Of a stretch of DNA of 64,000 bases, positions 40,560 through 50,476 are shown piece by piece. The position numbers were made by a program, and so were the translations under genes. The DNA comes from Candidatus Tenderia sp. (GTDB lineage: Bacteria; Pseudomonadota; Gammaproteobacteria; Tenderiales; Tenderiaceae). Location: the NCBI GenBank assembly GCA_031416075.1, contig JANOSY010000017.1, forward strand, positions 1 through 64,000. The letters are read 5' to 3'. Below the pieces are notes generated by a model. The model was not told the DNA's origin and did no database searches. It worked only from the letters and a program-made list of their open reading frames with translations. How positions within the stretch are numbered: position 1 is the stretch's first letter; the number at the start of each line of letters is the position of its first letter.

Positions 40560-40643
40560 CAGGCTCTGTGCACCGCGCACCAGCCGCTCTTCGAGAACCT
40601 CTGTAAATCATCCATGACCAATGGTGCGCAGTGCGCACCCTAC
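40560..40643. repeat. REP-like doublet (GTAG type)
   Basis: Right copy TGGTGCGCAGTGCGCACCCTAC; a degenerate inverted left copy GTGCACCGCGCACCA. Confidence 0.55.
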
Positions 40644-40661
40644 ATCTGAATCCTGTATCCA

Positions 40662-41603
40662 TTGAGCAATAACACCCCCTCTTTCAACGCAGCCGATTAC
40701 CTTACACCGCGCTACTGGCCACTCTGGCTCTGGTTCGGCCTGCTGCGACTGAGCTGCTATCTCCCCTATCGTGCCATCCTCACGCTTGGCAAGACCGTCG
40801 GCTGGCTGATCTACCACCTTGTGCCACGCCGTCGTCACATCGCCGAGATCAATATCAAACGCTGTTTTCCCACGCTGTCAAACAGCGAACAGCAGTGTCT
40901 GGTGCGGGAGAGTTTTTACGCCTCGGGCATCTCAATTTTTGAGATCGCCTGGAGTTGGTGGGGGCCGCGCCATAAACTGGAACCGCTCTGTCACATCGAC
41001 GGCCTTGAACATCTACACACAGCACAACAGCGTGACGCGGGAGTGCTGCTTTTCAGCGCCCATTTCACCTGTCTGGAGATTGGCGGTCGTTTGCTGGCAC
41101 TGCATGCACCGTTTCATGTGATGTACAAACCGCACCGTAACCCACTGTTTGAGGCGGTAATGCGGCGTGGCCGTGAAGCTCAGTTTGCAAGCGCCATCAA
41201 CCGCAATGAGATTCGCCAACTCATCAAAACCTTAAAACAGGGCCATACCTGCTGGTACGCACTGGATCAGGACTTTGGCCAGAACAATGCCGTCTTTGCC
41301 CCCTTTTTTGGTAACCCCGCCGCCACCCTTACCGCTACCTCACGCATCGCCAAGATGACCGGCTGTGGCGTCATCCCCTTTTTCTGCCGTCGTCGCGAAG
41401 ATGGCAGCGGTTACCAGCTGACCCTGCTACCGGCACTTGAGCAGTTCCCCTCCGGGGATGATCTGGCCGATACCACCCTGACCAATAGCTTGATAGAGGC
41501 GGAGATTCGCAAAGCGCCAGCACAATATCTGTGGATGCACCGCCGCTTTAAGAGCCAGCCCGACGACAAAGATGGCCACGACGGCAGACTCTATGAGCGT
41601 TAA
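40662..41603 (+). CDS. lpxL: Lipid A lauroyl acyltransferase (LpxL/HtrB)
   Basis: PRYWP.W, HFT.LE, DQD.G, PFFG and P.QYLW.HRRFK. Confidence 0.9.
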   Translation: MSNNTPSFNAADYLTPRYWPLWLWFGLLRLSCYLPYRAILTLGKTVGWLIYHLVPRRRHIAEINIKRCFPTLSNSEQQCLVRESFYASGISIFEIAWSWWGPRHKLEPLCHIDGLEHLHTAQQRDAGVLLFSAHFTCLEIGGRLLALHAPFHVMYKPHRNPLFEAVMRRGREAQFASAINRNEIRQLIKTLKQGHTCWYALDQDFGQNNAVFAPFFGNPAATLTATSRIAKMTGCGVIPFFCRRREDGSGYQLTLLPALEQFPSGDDLADTTLTNSLIEAEIRKAPAQYLWMHRRFKSQPDDKDGHDGRLYER

Positions 41604-42840
41604 ACCAACCTCACCGCCGTGGCAGTATCGGCTGCTGTTTACCCTGCTCGCACCGTTGCTGTTGCTACATACACTCTGGCAGGCGTGGCAAAGTCGAACC
41701 CTCCGTTTGGCACAGCAACGGTTTGGTATCGGATTACCACAACGCCACGACCGACCGGTCTGGATACACATGGCCTCGGTGGGCGAAGTCAACGCTGCGG
41801 TGCCGCTGATTGAAGAGCTGCAGCAGCGCCACCCGGCACTGCCAATCGTTGTCACCACAGTAACGGCCACTGGCGCGGCCATGGCAAAGAAAAAACTGCC
41901 GGGCATTGAACACTGCTATCTGCCACTCGACTTCGCCTATAGCAGCCGCGCCATCATCCGCACCATTGCCCCCCGCTGCCTAATCATTATGGAGACAGAG
42001 CTATGGCCACAGCTCTATTACCAGTGTGGTCGACGGCAGATACCACTACTGGTCGCCAATGGTCGCCTCTCCCCGCGCACACTCAACCGTCCGCCATGGG
42101 TGCACACCGTTTACCGCCGGGCACTCACCAACGTCACACAGGTTCTGGCCCGTTCAGAAAAAGATGCCCGCCACTTTGTGGCACTGGGGAGCGATTCGCA
42201 ACAGGTAACGGTGATTGGAAACATCAAGTTTGCCACCCCCCATGCCACTGTCACGGAACCCATTACACTACCGCGCCCCTACGTCGTTGCCGCCTCCACC
42301 CACCACGATGAGGAGTTTCAGATCAGCCAGGCCTGGCTGGCCTCGCCACTGAGTGACCACTATCTGTTAGTGATCGTACCGCGCCACCCGGCACGCAAAA
42401 GTGCCATCCTGAAGCAGCTATCCCCCCTTAATGCCGCGGTTGCCATACGCAGCAGTGGTGAGATCGTCACAGACACGACCCAAATCTACCTCGCCGATAC
42501 CTTTGGTGAGCTGCAACAGTTCATCGCAGGGGCGGCGCTGGTCTGCATGGGTGGCTCCCTTATCCCCCGCGGCGGTCAAAATCTGATCGAGGTAGCGCAT
42601 CAAGGCAAAGTGGCGCTGTGTGGACCGCACATGGATAACTTCGCGGATGAGTGCGAGCTGCTACTGAAACACCAAGTGGCCTTTCAGGTGAACAGCCGCC
42701 ACGAACTGATAGAAAAAATTGCAGAACTGCTGAGACAACCGGAGACACTACAGGCACTGGGCCAGCAGGCAAGAGCACTGGTGAACAGACAGGCCGATAT
42801 GGCTGCACGTTATGCCGATGCGCTGAAATCCTACCTCTGA
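41593..42840 (+). CDS. waaA: Kdo transferase
   Basis: WIH.ASVGEV, YLP.D, ETELWP, NGRLS, GNIKF, AASTH, VPRHP, DT.GEL and GG.N..E. Confidence 0.92.
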   Translation: MSVKPTSPPWQYRLLFTLLAPLLLLHTLWQAWQSRTLRLAQQRFGIGLPQRHDRPVWIHMASVGEVNAAVPLIEELQQRHPALPIVVTTVTATGAAMAKKKLPGIEHCYLPLDFAYSSRAIIRTIAPRCLIIMETELWPQLYYQCGRRQIPLLVANGRLSPRTLNRPPWVHTVYRRALTNVTQVLARSEKDARHFVALGSDSQQVTVIGNIKFATPHATVTEPITLPRPYVVAASTHHDEEFQISQAWLASPLSDHYLLVIVPRHPARKSAILKQLSPLNAAVAIRSSGEIVTDTTQIYLADTFGELQQFIAGAALVCMGGSLIPRGGQNLIEVAHQGKVALCGPHMDNFADECELLLKHQVAFQVNSRHELIEKIAELLRQPETLQALGQQARALVNRQADMAARYADALKSYL

Positions 42841-43569
42841 TCAGCCGCCATGCCCCAGCAACAACTGGTGCCAGCACGACTCATCAAACCAGAACTGAGG
42901 ACAGCTCTTTTGAAACTTGAGCAGCGAACGCCGCAACCGCTCCAGATTCTCATCCTGCCAGCTGGAGGCCGGGGTACGCTGTTCGCCCTTATCAAAATCG
43001 ATCAGAAAAACCTTGCCCGACGTATCGATTAAAATATTCCGGGCATTCAGGTCGGCATGGTAAAAACCAGCGCGATGGAAACGTTTGATGGTCGCCCCCA
43101 CATCACGCCACTGCTGTTCAGGAAGCGACAGGGCCATTAACAGATCAGCAAAGGGTTCCACCTGGGGCAAACGCTGCGTGACCAGGTCCGCCGTATAAAA
43201 CAGCCCACACCGCACCACCCGTGCAGCCACCGGGCGCGGCACCGGCAATCCCTGCTGATACATCTCGCCCAGCAAAAACCACTCCCGCCAGGGACGTGTC
43301 TGCGCCAGACCCGACCAGCGGTAGTTATCATCACTCAATCTGGCCATCAAACCACCCCGGCGGTAGTGGCGCAACACATACTCGCCACCGCCAAAGGCAA
43401 AAACTGTGGCCGCCCCCCGCCCTTCAGCGGTCATCAACAGCGCCCCTTCCCTGCCCCAACGGTCAGCATCAAAAAAACCATCACCCGGCAGCGGCACCAC
43501 CGCCGCATCATAAAGAAAGTAGCTGTTGGCAAGGCGCGCCTGCTGCGCTTGAAGGGCTATTTTACACAT
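42841..43569 (-). CDS. kdkA: Kdo kinase
   Basis: GRG, VLRHYRRGG, R...EW.LL, YHADLNA.NIL, LIDFDKG and NL.RL.RSL.K. Confidence 0.9.
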   Translation of the reverse strand: MCKIALQAQQARLANSYFLYDAAVVPLPGDGFFDADRWGREGALLMTAEGRGAATVFAFGGGEYVLRHYRRGGLMARLSDDNYRWSGLAQTRPWREWFLLGEMYQQGLPVPRPVAARVVRCGLFYTADLVTQRLPQVEPFADLLMALSLPEQQWRDVGATIKRFHRAGFYHADLNARNILIDTSGKVFLIDFDKGEQRTPASSWQDENLERLRRSLLKFQKSCPQFWFDESCWHQLLLGHGG

Positions 43570-43796
43570 CGATTACACACACAATACTCCAGGATGGCAC
43601 GGACCATGACCTCCAAAAGAACCCAACAACCACATGATTTAAAAAGATTTCACAAAAAACCGTTCGTGCAGAAAACAGATACTCCCGGCAATTATAACTA
43701 GACACTCAGGGGAAAGGTTCATATCATTCCAGCCGCTATCCATCGATAGCACCGCCCTGCCATAACAACAGTTAAAACCTACCGGAACAGCGCTCA

Positions 43797-44591
43797 GTGA
43801 AAAATATTTTTGTACTTTTTGTTAGCCGCATCATAAAGGTATTTGCAAACATTACAAAATTGCTCTGTTATGTATTCCACTTTTTATTTCCAAACAGACG
43901 CTTCACCATTCCCGCACAGTCGGCACCACTATACAAAACAGACAGCAACCCCCGCATCTCAAAAACACTCTGGCAAACCAATTTCACCAACCGTGCCACC
44001 CTACCCGTCTACCTGAACTACCTGTTTAACAGGTTACTCTCACCCACCTTTGAGTACCGTTTTATGATCACGGCAGACAGGGCTGATTTCATCAAAAAGA
44101 ACTACTCCGCCGATATTTTTGACAGCTACTCCAAACTGCAGATTGGTGCCGCACAGGCCGATTTATGGCGTCTGCTAGTGCTGCAAAAACAGGGCGGTGT
44201 CTATATGGATATCGATGCCCATCTGGTCTGGCCCATCAACCGTATCATTAAGCCCGATTACAACGAACTCTACATCACCACAAAAAATGGTGAGATCAGC
44301 AACTACTTTATCGCCAGCCAAAAAGATAACCCTCATTTGGAGGCAATGATCAACCTTGTCCTCAAAAACATTCAGGAAAACAGCATTAAAAATATTTACG
44401 ATCTCACCGGCCCCGGTGTGTTCAACCAGATTCTGGATAAAAATGCAGTACATACCTCCCTCTATCGCCACACCTGCAATCAAGGCAACTTCACCAACGA
44501 ATATTTTCAATATATCGACAAGCCCGAAGGCAAATGGACCAAGGCCCAAAAAACCATCGACGTTATAAAAAAGGGCAACCCCTCCAGCTAA
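43797..44591 (+). CDS. GT32-like (DxD, Och1-type) glycosyltransferase
   Basis: WQT, GAAQADLWR..VL...GGVYMDID and LTGP. Confidence 0.85.
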   Translation: MKNIFVLFVSRIIKVFANITKLLCYVFHFLFPNRRFTIPAQSAPLYKTDSNPRISKTLWQTNFTNRATLPVYLNYLFNRLLSPTFEYRFMITADRADFIKKNYSADIFDSYSKLQIGAAQADLWRLLVLQKQGGVYMDIDAHLVWPINRIIKPDYNELYITTKNGEISNYFIASQKDNPHLEAMINLVLKNIQENSIKNIYDLTGPGVFNQILDKNAVHTSLYRHTCNQGNFTNEYFQYIDKPEGKWTKAQKTIDVIKKGNPSS

Positions 44592-44616
44592 GCAGGACCA
44601 TCACACACCAGCCACC

Positions 44617-45678
44617 ATGACACTACCCCTAACCACACCACCACACACACTCTGCCTGCTACGACTATCCGCCCTCGGTGATATCAGCCACACCCTGCCT
44701 ATCGTTCGTACCCTGCAACAGGCGTGGCCACAGACAAAAATCACCTGGATCATTGGTAAACTTGAACATCAATTGGTGAGTGACATTCCTGATATTGAAT
44801 TTATCATTTTCGATAAAAAGGAGGGGATGGGTGCCTACAAAAAACTACATCAAAAGATGCGTGGCCGCCACTTCGATGTACTGCTACACATGCAGATGTC
44901 AATCCGCGCCAGCATCGCCAGCCTGCTCATTCCCGCCAACATCAAATTGGGCTTTGATAAAGGGCGTGGCAAAGATATGCAGTGGCTCTTTACCAACCAC
45001 AAAATTGCAGCAAAACCACAACAACATGTCATCGACAGTTTTTTTGGTTTCACTGAAGCACTGGGAATTAAAGAGCACCTATTACAGTGGAACATCCCCA
45101 TTCCCGCAGAGGCCCACACATTTGCAATACAACAGTTGGCCAGCAACAAAAAGATATTGGTCATCAGCCCCTGCTCAAGCATGAGTTACCGCAACTGGAG
45201 CGTTGAAGGATATGCCAGCGTTGCCAACTACGCCACGGAACAACATCACATGCAAGTGGTGCTCTGCGGTGGCCCAAGCGCACTGGAGCACGAGTATGGC
45301 GAAAAAATCAGTCAGCATTGCAACCACACACCCCTCAACCTGATTGGCAAAACCAGCATCAAACAGCTGTTAGCCATCCTGTCACACGCAGACATCATCA
45401 TCGCCCCCGACTCTGGCCCGGCCCACCTTGGCACCGCCGTAGGCACACCCGTTATTGGACTCTACGCCTGCACCAACCCCGATCGGGCGCGCCCCTATCT
45501 GGATGCTGATCTGGTAGTGAATCGATATACCGATGCCATCAATGCAAAGTATGGCGCACAGACCCATACCATCCCGTGGGGAACACGTGTACGTGATGCA
45601 GGCACCATGGAAAGAATTTCTCACGACGATGTAATTAACAAACTGGAGCATGCTCTTAATTCTATTGATATTTTATAA
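44617..45678 (+). CDS. GT9 heptosyltransferase, OpsX-like (HepI on Kdo-phosphate)
   Basis: LC.LRLSA.GD..H, ITWIIGK.E, RNW....YA and PDSGPAH. Confidence 0.8.
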   Translation: MTLPLTTPPHTLCLLRLSALGDISHTLPIVRTLQQAWPQTKITWIIGKLEHQLVSDIPDIEFIIFDKKEGMGAYKKLHQKMRGRHFDVLLHMQMSIRASIASLLIPANIKLGFDKGRGKDMQWLFTNHKIAAKPQQHVIDSFFGFTEALGIKEHLLQWNIPIPAEAHTFAIQQLASNKKILVISPCSSMSYRNWSVEGYASVANYATEQHHMQVVLCGGPSALEHEYGEKISQHCNHTPLNLIGKTSIKQLLAILSHADIIIAPDSGPAHLGTAVGTPVIGLYACTNPDRARPYLDADLVVNRYTDAINAKYGAQTHTIPWGTRVRDAGTMERISHDDVINKLEHALNSIDIL

Positions 45679-46666
45679 CCATAGAATTAACACACCAACA
45701 AAACACAATAACGCCAAGAGACTCCCCACCTATTTTTAGCAACAAAATGAAAAATCAGCATAATTTTAATTTTTCAAAAAAACTATCAAATACACCATCC
45801 ATCTTTAACATACATAGCAATCACTAGGTTCACACCTGCCTCGCATCTCCCACCTATATTGGCTAGGTATAATACTAAAAACACAATAACTCCCCCTCAT
45901 ATTGCTTCACACTAATCAATGATCTACACTTCAAAAATCTAAATGACAAGTCACCTTGCCGTTTGGATAATGGAATATTAACTCCTATATTCAACACATG
46001 GATTTTCAACACCAATAAGGAAAATAATGATGGATTTTAATCGCGCTCTAGGTGTATCACTAACGATCATCTCTCTCACGTTTGTACCTCCAGTTATGGC
46101 TATTGGAAACGGCACATTCGCGCCAGCCCCTCAAGACGGAAATAGCAACACATTTGGGCTCGGGCATACATGGCCCGGAACGTTAACAAATACTTATATT
46201 GCTGATTTCAATGGGGATGGAAAAAGTGATATCTTGCGCCAAGAAAAGGGGGAATGGGAGAACGACGCACTCAACATGATCCAAGTATACCTCGGTCAGG
46301 GAAACGGTACCTTTTCAGTCGCCCCACAAGATGGAAATAGCAACACCATCGGACTAGGCCATCCATGGAAAGATAGTTTAACCAATATTTATATTGGTGA
46401 TTTCAATGGAGATGGCAAAAGCGATATCTTGCGTCAAGAAAAGGGGGTGTGGGAAAACGATGCTCGAAACATGATTCAAGTGTACCTCGGCCAAGGAAAT
46501 GGGACTTTTATAGCAGCCCCTCAGGACGGAAACAGCAATACAGTAGGGCTAGGTGTCCCCTGGAACGGTAGTTTGACAGATGTTTATGTCGGTGATTTTA
46601 ATGGTGATGGAAAGAGTGATCTCATACGTCAAGAAAAGGGTAGGTGGGCTAGTGAAAATGCATTAA

Positions 46667-47958
46667 CAGGCTGTTGAAAAACTACCGCGCCATCATTGGC
46701 CCCTGTAAACTACCGACACCGATAATCTCCAACCCAAGATCCAAAAATGCGCGGCGCAGATATCACTCAAGAATCCCTGTTCACCACGGTTCACCTAGAA
46801 ACTTTTGTTCCCAAGAACCACCCACTGCGACCAATTCGCACCTTATTCAACGAAGCCCTGAAACGGATCAGCTGGCTACTTGATAGCGCCTATTCAGAAT
46901 ATGGTCGCGAATCGATTCCGCCGGAGCGGTTACTGAGAGCCCAGATGCTTCAAGTGCTTTTCACTATTCGCAGTGAACGTCAGCTGGTCGAACAGGTCAG
47001 CTACAACCTGCTATACCGCTGGTTTGTTGGTCTGAGTATTGACGACAAGGTATGGAACCACTCCACCTTCAGCCAGAACCGTGACCGTTTATTGGAGCAC
47101 AACGTCATCCCCGCGCTCTTCGAAGAGGTTGTCGAGCTGGCAAAAAAACGCAACCTGATCAGCGAAGAGCATTTCAGTGTCGATGGCACACTGATTCAAG
47201 CGTGGGCCTCACAGAAAAGTTTTTGCCCCAAAGACGAGGATAATGATCCAGAGGATAAAGGGCGCAACGCTGAGCGCGATTTTCACGGAGAGAGGCGTCT
47301 CAACGAGACGCATGAATCACGTACCGATCCAGAAGCCAGGAATTACAAAAAGTCCAAAGGCAGTGAAGCCAAGATGGCCTATCTGGGGCACACCGTCATG
47401 GAAAACCGCAACGGACTGATCGTCAAAGCCGACGCCAGCCTGGCCACTGGCACGGCTGAGCGTGACACCGCCGCAAAGCAACTCAAGAGCCTTCCAGGAA
47501 AGCATCGCAAAACTGTCGGTGCCGATAAAAACTACGACACAAAAGGTTTCGTGGCCGCGTGCCGCGAAGCAAATGTCACACCGCATGTTGCCCAGAACAT
47601 CAAACGCAACGGGGGTTCTGCGATTGATGGGCGTACCCGCGGCCACGAAGGCTACGAAGTCAGTCAGCGAATTCGCAAACGCATTGAAGAGGGGTTTGGC
47701 TGGGGCAAGACAATTGGTTTGATCAGGCAGGTCAAGGTGCGCGGTCTTGCCCGAGTGAATGCCATTTTCAACATGACATTCATCGGCTGGAATTTAACGC
47801 GGATGCGCAATTTACAGGAGCAGTCCGTCCAGATGGCATGAAATGCCTGAGAGTGGACGAAAACCTTGGGAATTTTTCGCTAAATATCGTTATTTTTGGC
47901 TGTTTTTAGAAAAATCACCGGCATGTGGAGGTTGCGGAGTTTGATTTTCAACGGCCTG
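46667..47958 (+). mobile_element. IS5-family insertion sequence, 1292 bp
   Basis: Terminal IRs CAGGCTGTTGAAAA / TTTTCAACGGCCTG (1 mismatch) and TTAA direct repeats at 46663-46666 and 47959-47962. Confidence 0.93.
46747..47841 (+). CDS. IS5-family DDE transposase (intact)
   Basis: VP..HPLR.IR, GR.SIPPERLLRA, FSVDGTLI.AWAS, GADK.YD and RKRIEE.FGW.K. Confidence 0.95.
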   Translation: MRGADITQESLFTTVHLETFVPKNHPLRPIRTLFNEALKRISWLLDSAYSEYGRESIPPERLLRAQMLQVLFTIRSERQLVEQVSYNLLYRWFVGLSIDDKVWNHSTFSQNRDRLLEHNVIPALFEEVVELAKKRNLISEEHFSVDGTLIQAWASQKSFCPKDEDNDPEDKGRNAERDFHGERRLNETHESRTDPEARNYKKSKGSEAKMAYLGHTVMENRNGLIVKADASLATGTAERDTAAKQLKSLPGKHRKTVGADKNYDTKGFVAACREANVTPHVAQNIKRNGGSAIDGRTRGHEGYEVSQRIRKRIEEGFGWGKTIGLIRQVKVRGLARVNAIFNMTFIGWNLTRMRNLQEQSVQMA

Positions 47959-48816
47959 TTAAACAACATTCAGGTTTTTCTAGGGCAAGCGAATGGCACT
48001 TTTGTGGCCGCATCAAGAGATGGAAATAATAACACCCTAGGATTAGGGCACGCCTGGAATGGCGATCTGACAAAAGTTTACGTCGGCGACTTCAACGGTG
48101 ATGGAAGGAGCGATATTCTCCGGCAAGAAAAGGGAATATGGGCCAGCGAGAACAATCTCAATACAATTCAAGTTTTTCTCGGCCAAACAAATGGAACATT
48201 TCTGGCGTCACAAAGAGATGGAAATAGCAATACAGTAGGACTAGGGCATGCTTGGAATGGTGATTTAACAAATGCTTTCATCGGGGACTTCAACGGTGAT
48301 GGTAAAAATGATATTTTACGCCAAGAAAAAGGAATTTGGGAATATGATGATATCAATATGATTCAGGTATTCCTTGGCCAGGGAAATGGGACGTTTATAG
48401 CCTCACCACAAGACAGTAACAACAACACCCTAGGTTTAGGTACTCCTTGGAAAGCAAATTACACCAACATTAGGGTCGGAGATTTCAATGGTGATGGTAG
48501 AAGTGATATTCTACGTCAAGAGCAAGGGGAATGGGCAAGTGCGGATATGCTCAATACCATTCAAGTATTTCTCGGCCAAAGCAATGGTACATTCTCCATA
48601 GCTCCTCGCGACACAAACGGCAATGCAGTAGGGCTAGGCCATCCTTGGGACGGCCTTCTAGCTATTGCGAAGACTGGGGATTTTAATGGTGATGGCCTGC
48701 AGGACATACTACGCCAGGAAACTGGCGCGTGGGCAAAAGATGCCTTCATGATGATTCAGGTATATCTGAGCCGATAAATTTCTTTTTAAAGCTTTTTATC
48801 CCCTACGTCCAAATTA

Positions 48817-48846
48817 ATAGCCGCCTTGTTTAACAGGGCGGTTATT
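48817..48846. terminator. Hairpin between convergent genes
   Basis: AATAGCCGCCTTG-TTTAA-CAGGGCGGTTATT. Confidence 0.6.
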
Positions 48847-48850
48847 CAAA

Positions 48851-49510
48851 TTAAATACGCGAGGCATAATAATGATAACTATGCCACTTTGCCTTTAACG
48901 TCTCCGCAATTCCCAACGCCGGTGGGCTGCCTTTATAAAACACCGTATCAGTATTATTCCAGATCCATACTGAATAACCATTTTCAACCATCCAGTCGGC
49001 AATAGCACCCAACCTGGGATTACAGTAGTCACGGCTCTGTGTCTCCAGCGCAATCACTTTTGGTCGGCTACGCATTCGTGACAGTACTGAGTACTCACCC
49101 CCTTCCACATCCACCGTTACCAGATCGTAATCAGCTGTATCAACATCAGCAAAATCGACACATTTAACCGTGATAATCTGAGCTGTCGATTTATCATACC
49201 CATCATGATTAATCGCCGGCGAGGCAGTTTGGGCTGCATTAAAGGTGGATGGCCCGGCCATACAGAGATCCAGAGTACCGTTGTAATCAGACACAGCCAC
49301 CCGGTGCAATACAGTACGTTTGTACACCGCAACATCCAGCGCTATATTGTCGCAAAATTCTGGCACCGCCTCATACAGATCACACTGCACCCCCTCCTCC
49401 ACAAAGCCGCGAATGGCTGAGGCCTCAAATGAGAGCACCCCCACCTCAGCGGCTCTGTTAATCACCACACCGGCTTTTTTAATGGCCCAATAGAGCTTAT
49501 CTTTACGCAT
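48851..49510 (-). CDS. FkbM-family methyltransferase
   Basis: EVGV, YEA.P, AV.D..G and DL..VDVEG.E..VL. Confidence 0.75.
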   Translation of the reverse strand: MRKDKLYWAIKKAGVVINRAAEVGVLSFEASAIRGFVEEGVQCDLYEAVPEFCDNIALDVAVYKRTVLHRVAVSDYNGTLDLCMAGPSTFNAAQTASPAINHDGYDKSTAQIITVKCVDFADVDTADYDLVTVDVEGGEYSVLSRMRSRPKVIALETQSRDYCNPRLGAIADWMVENGYSVWIWNNTDTVFYKGSPPALGIAETLKAKWHSYHYYASRI

Positions 49511-49705
49511 TCCATCTCCTAAACCTAACTATCAAAGGATAAATACCCCCTCACCACTCAAGCCACAAAGCTCCGTCTCGCCATTGCCCCATTAAAAACA
49601 ACAGAACAGTCAACGAACAAAACTCATCCAATCAACTATTTTTACCGGGCCTGCCAAAAACGGTACAATGCGCCATCCATAAAAAACGTTACCACAAAGC
49701 CATCC

Positions 49706-50461
49706 ATGACACCTTCAGCACCATCACTTGACGTTGCACTTGGCACCTACAACGAACCAGAGTTTACCGCCGCCACCCTGGAGGGGTACGCCAATCAGAC
49801 AGACATGAACTTTACACTACTGGTTGCCGATGATGGCTCAAAAGATGATATTCGTCAGCTGGTGGAGCAGTATAAGGATAGAATAAAGATCAAATATTTC
49901 TACCAGGAAGATATCGGCTTCCGCAAAGCAAAAATCTTAAATACCGCTGTTTCACACAGCACAGCGGACTATCTTGTCTTCTCTGATAACGACTGCATCC
50001 CTTCAAAGTACTTTATCGAAGACCACAAAAAAGCGGCCACCCCCGGTTTTTTTGTCTCGGGCAGGCGCATCGACTGTCAAAACAGGGCGCTGAATCAGCT
50101 CTTTTTCAATCTGGATAATTATAGCGACTTACCATTTGACCACGCAGGCTGGCTAATCAAAAATGCGATCTTAAAAAACGTTAAATATGCAGAAATCGCC
50201 ATTCGCATACCTTACTGGTTACATCAGCTCTGGAGCAAAAAACCCAAACCGCTACTGGGTGCCAACATGGCCATGTGGCGCGCAGATTTTATACAGGCCG
50301 GGCAGTTTGATGAAAACTTCACTACCTACGGCGGAGAAGATCCTGACCTCGAACGTAGACTTCTTGCCCACACTCCTGCCAGGTTAAAAACAGTGCGTGG
50401 CAGGGCCTATGTTTTTCACTTCTACCATAAATCACGCTCACAAACCCCCTCCGCGGCTTAA
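49706..50461 (+). CDS. GT2 glycosyltransferase
   Basis: TYN, VADDGS, GFRKA..LN, F.D.DC and FDE.F..YG.ED.DL. Confidence 0.9.
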   Translation: MTPSAPSLDVALGTYNEPEFTAATLEGYANQTDMNFTLLVADDGSKDDIRQLVEQYKDRIKIKYFYQEDIGFRKAKILNTAVSHSTADYLVFSDNDCIPSKYFIEDHKKAATPGFFVSGRRIDCQNRALNQLFFNLDNYSDLPFDHAGWLIKNAILKNVKYAEIAIRIPYWLHQLWSKKPKPLLGANMAMWRADFIQAGQFDENFTTYGGEDPDLERRLLAHTPARLKTVRGRAYVFHFYHKSRSQTPSAA

Positions 50462-50476
50462 CAGTAAGCCCCCTAT

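Larger units (their letters stand above)
46027..48777 (+). pseudogene. Secreted 7-repeat FG-GAP/VCBS beta-propeller protein interrupted by IS5
   Basis: Removing the IS and one TTAA joins 46027-46666 to 47963-48777 into 1455 nt (484 aa plus stop): a signal peptide and seven ~65-aa repeats, each with DFNGDG.[SNQ]D.[LI]RQE.G.W. Confidence 0.9.

Noticed and set aside
38148-42840. pcm-rhodanese-tolC-lpxL-waaA run as a novel operon
   Set aside because: This arrangement is familiar in proteobacteria and all members belong to known families.
43570-43796. JUMPStart/ops element or sRNA upstream of the glycosyltransferases
   Set aside because: There is no GGCGGTAG in the right orientation and only a couple of GGA motifs; support is insufficient.
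46027-48777. 195-bp tandem DNA repeats as a CRISPR array or diversity-generating cassette
   Set aside because: The repeats are coding, vary mainly at synonymous positions and have no spacer structure; no cas or reverse transcriptase gene is in the window.
46747-48777. Transposase-propeller fusion protein (same reading frame)
   Set aside because: Three in-frame stops (TGA at 47839-47841, then TGA and TAA) separate the two ORFs.
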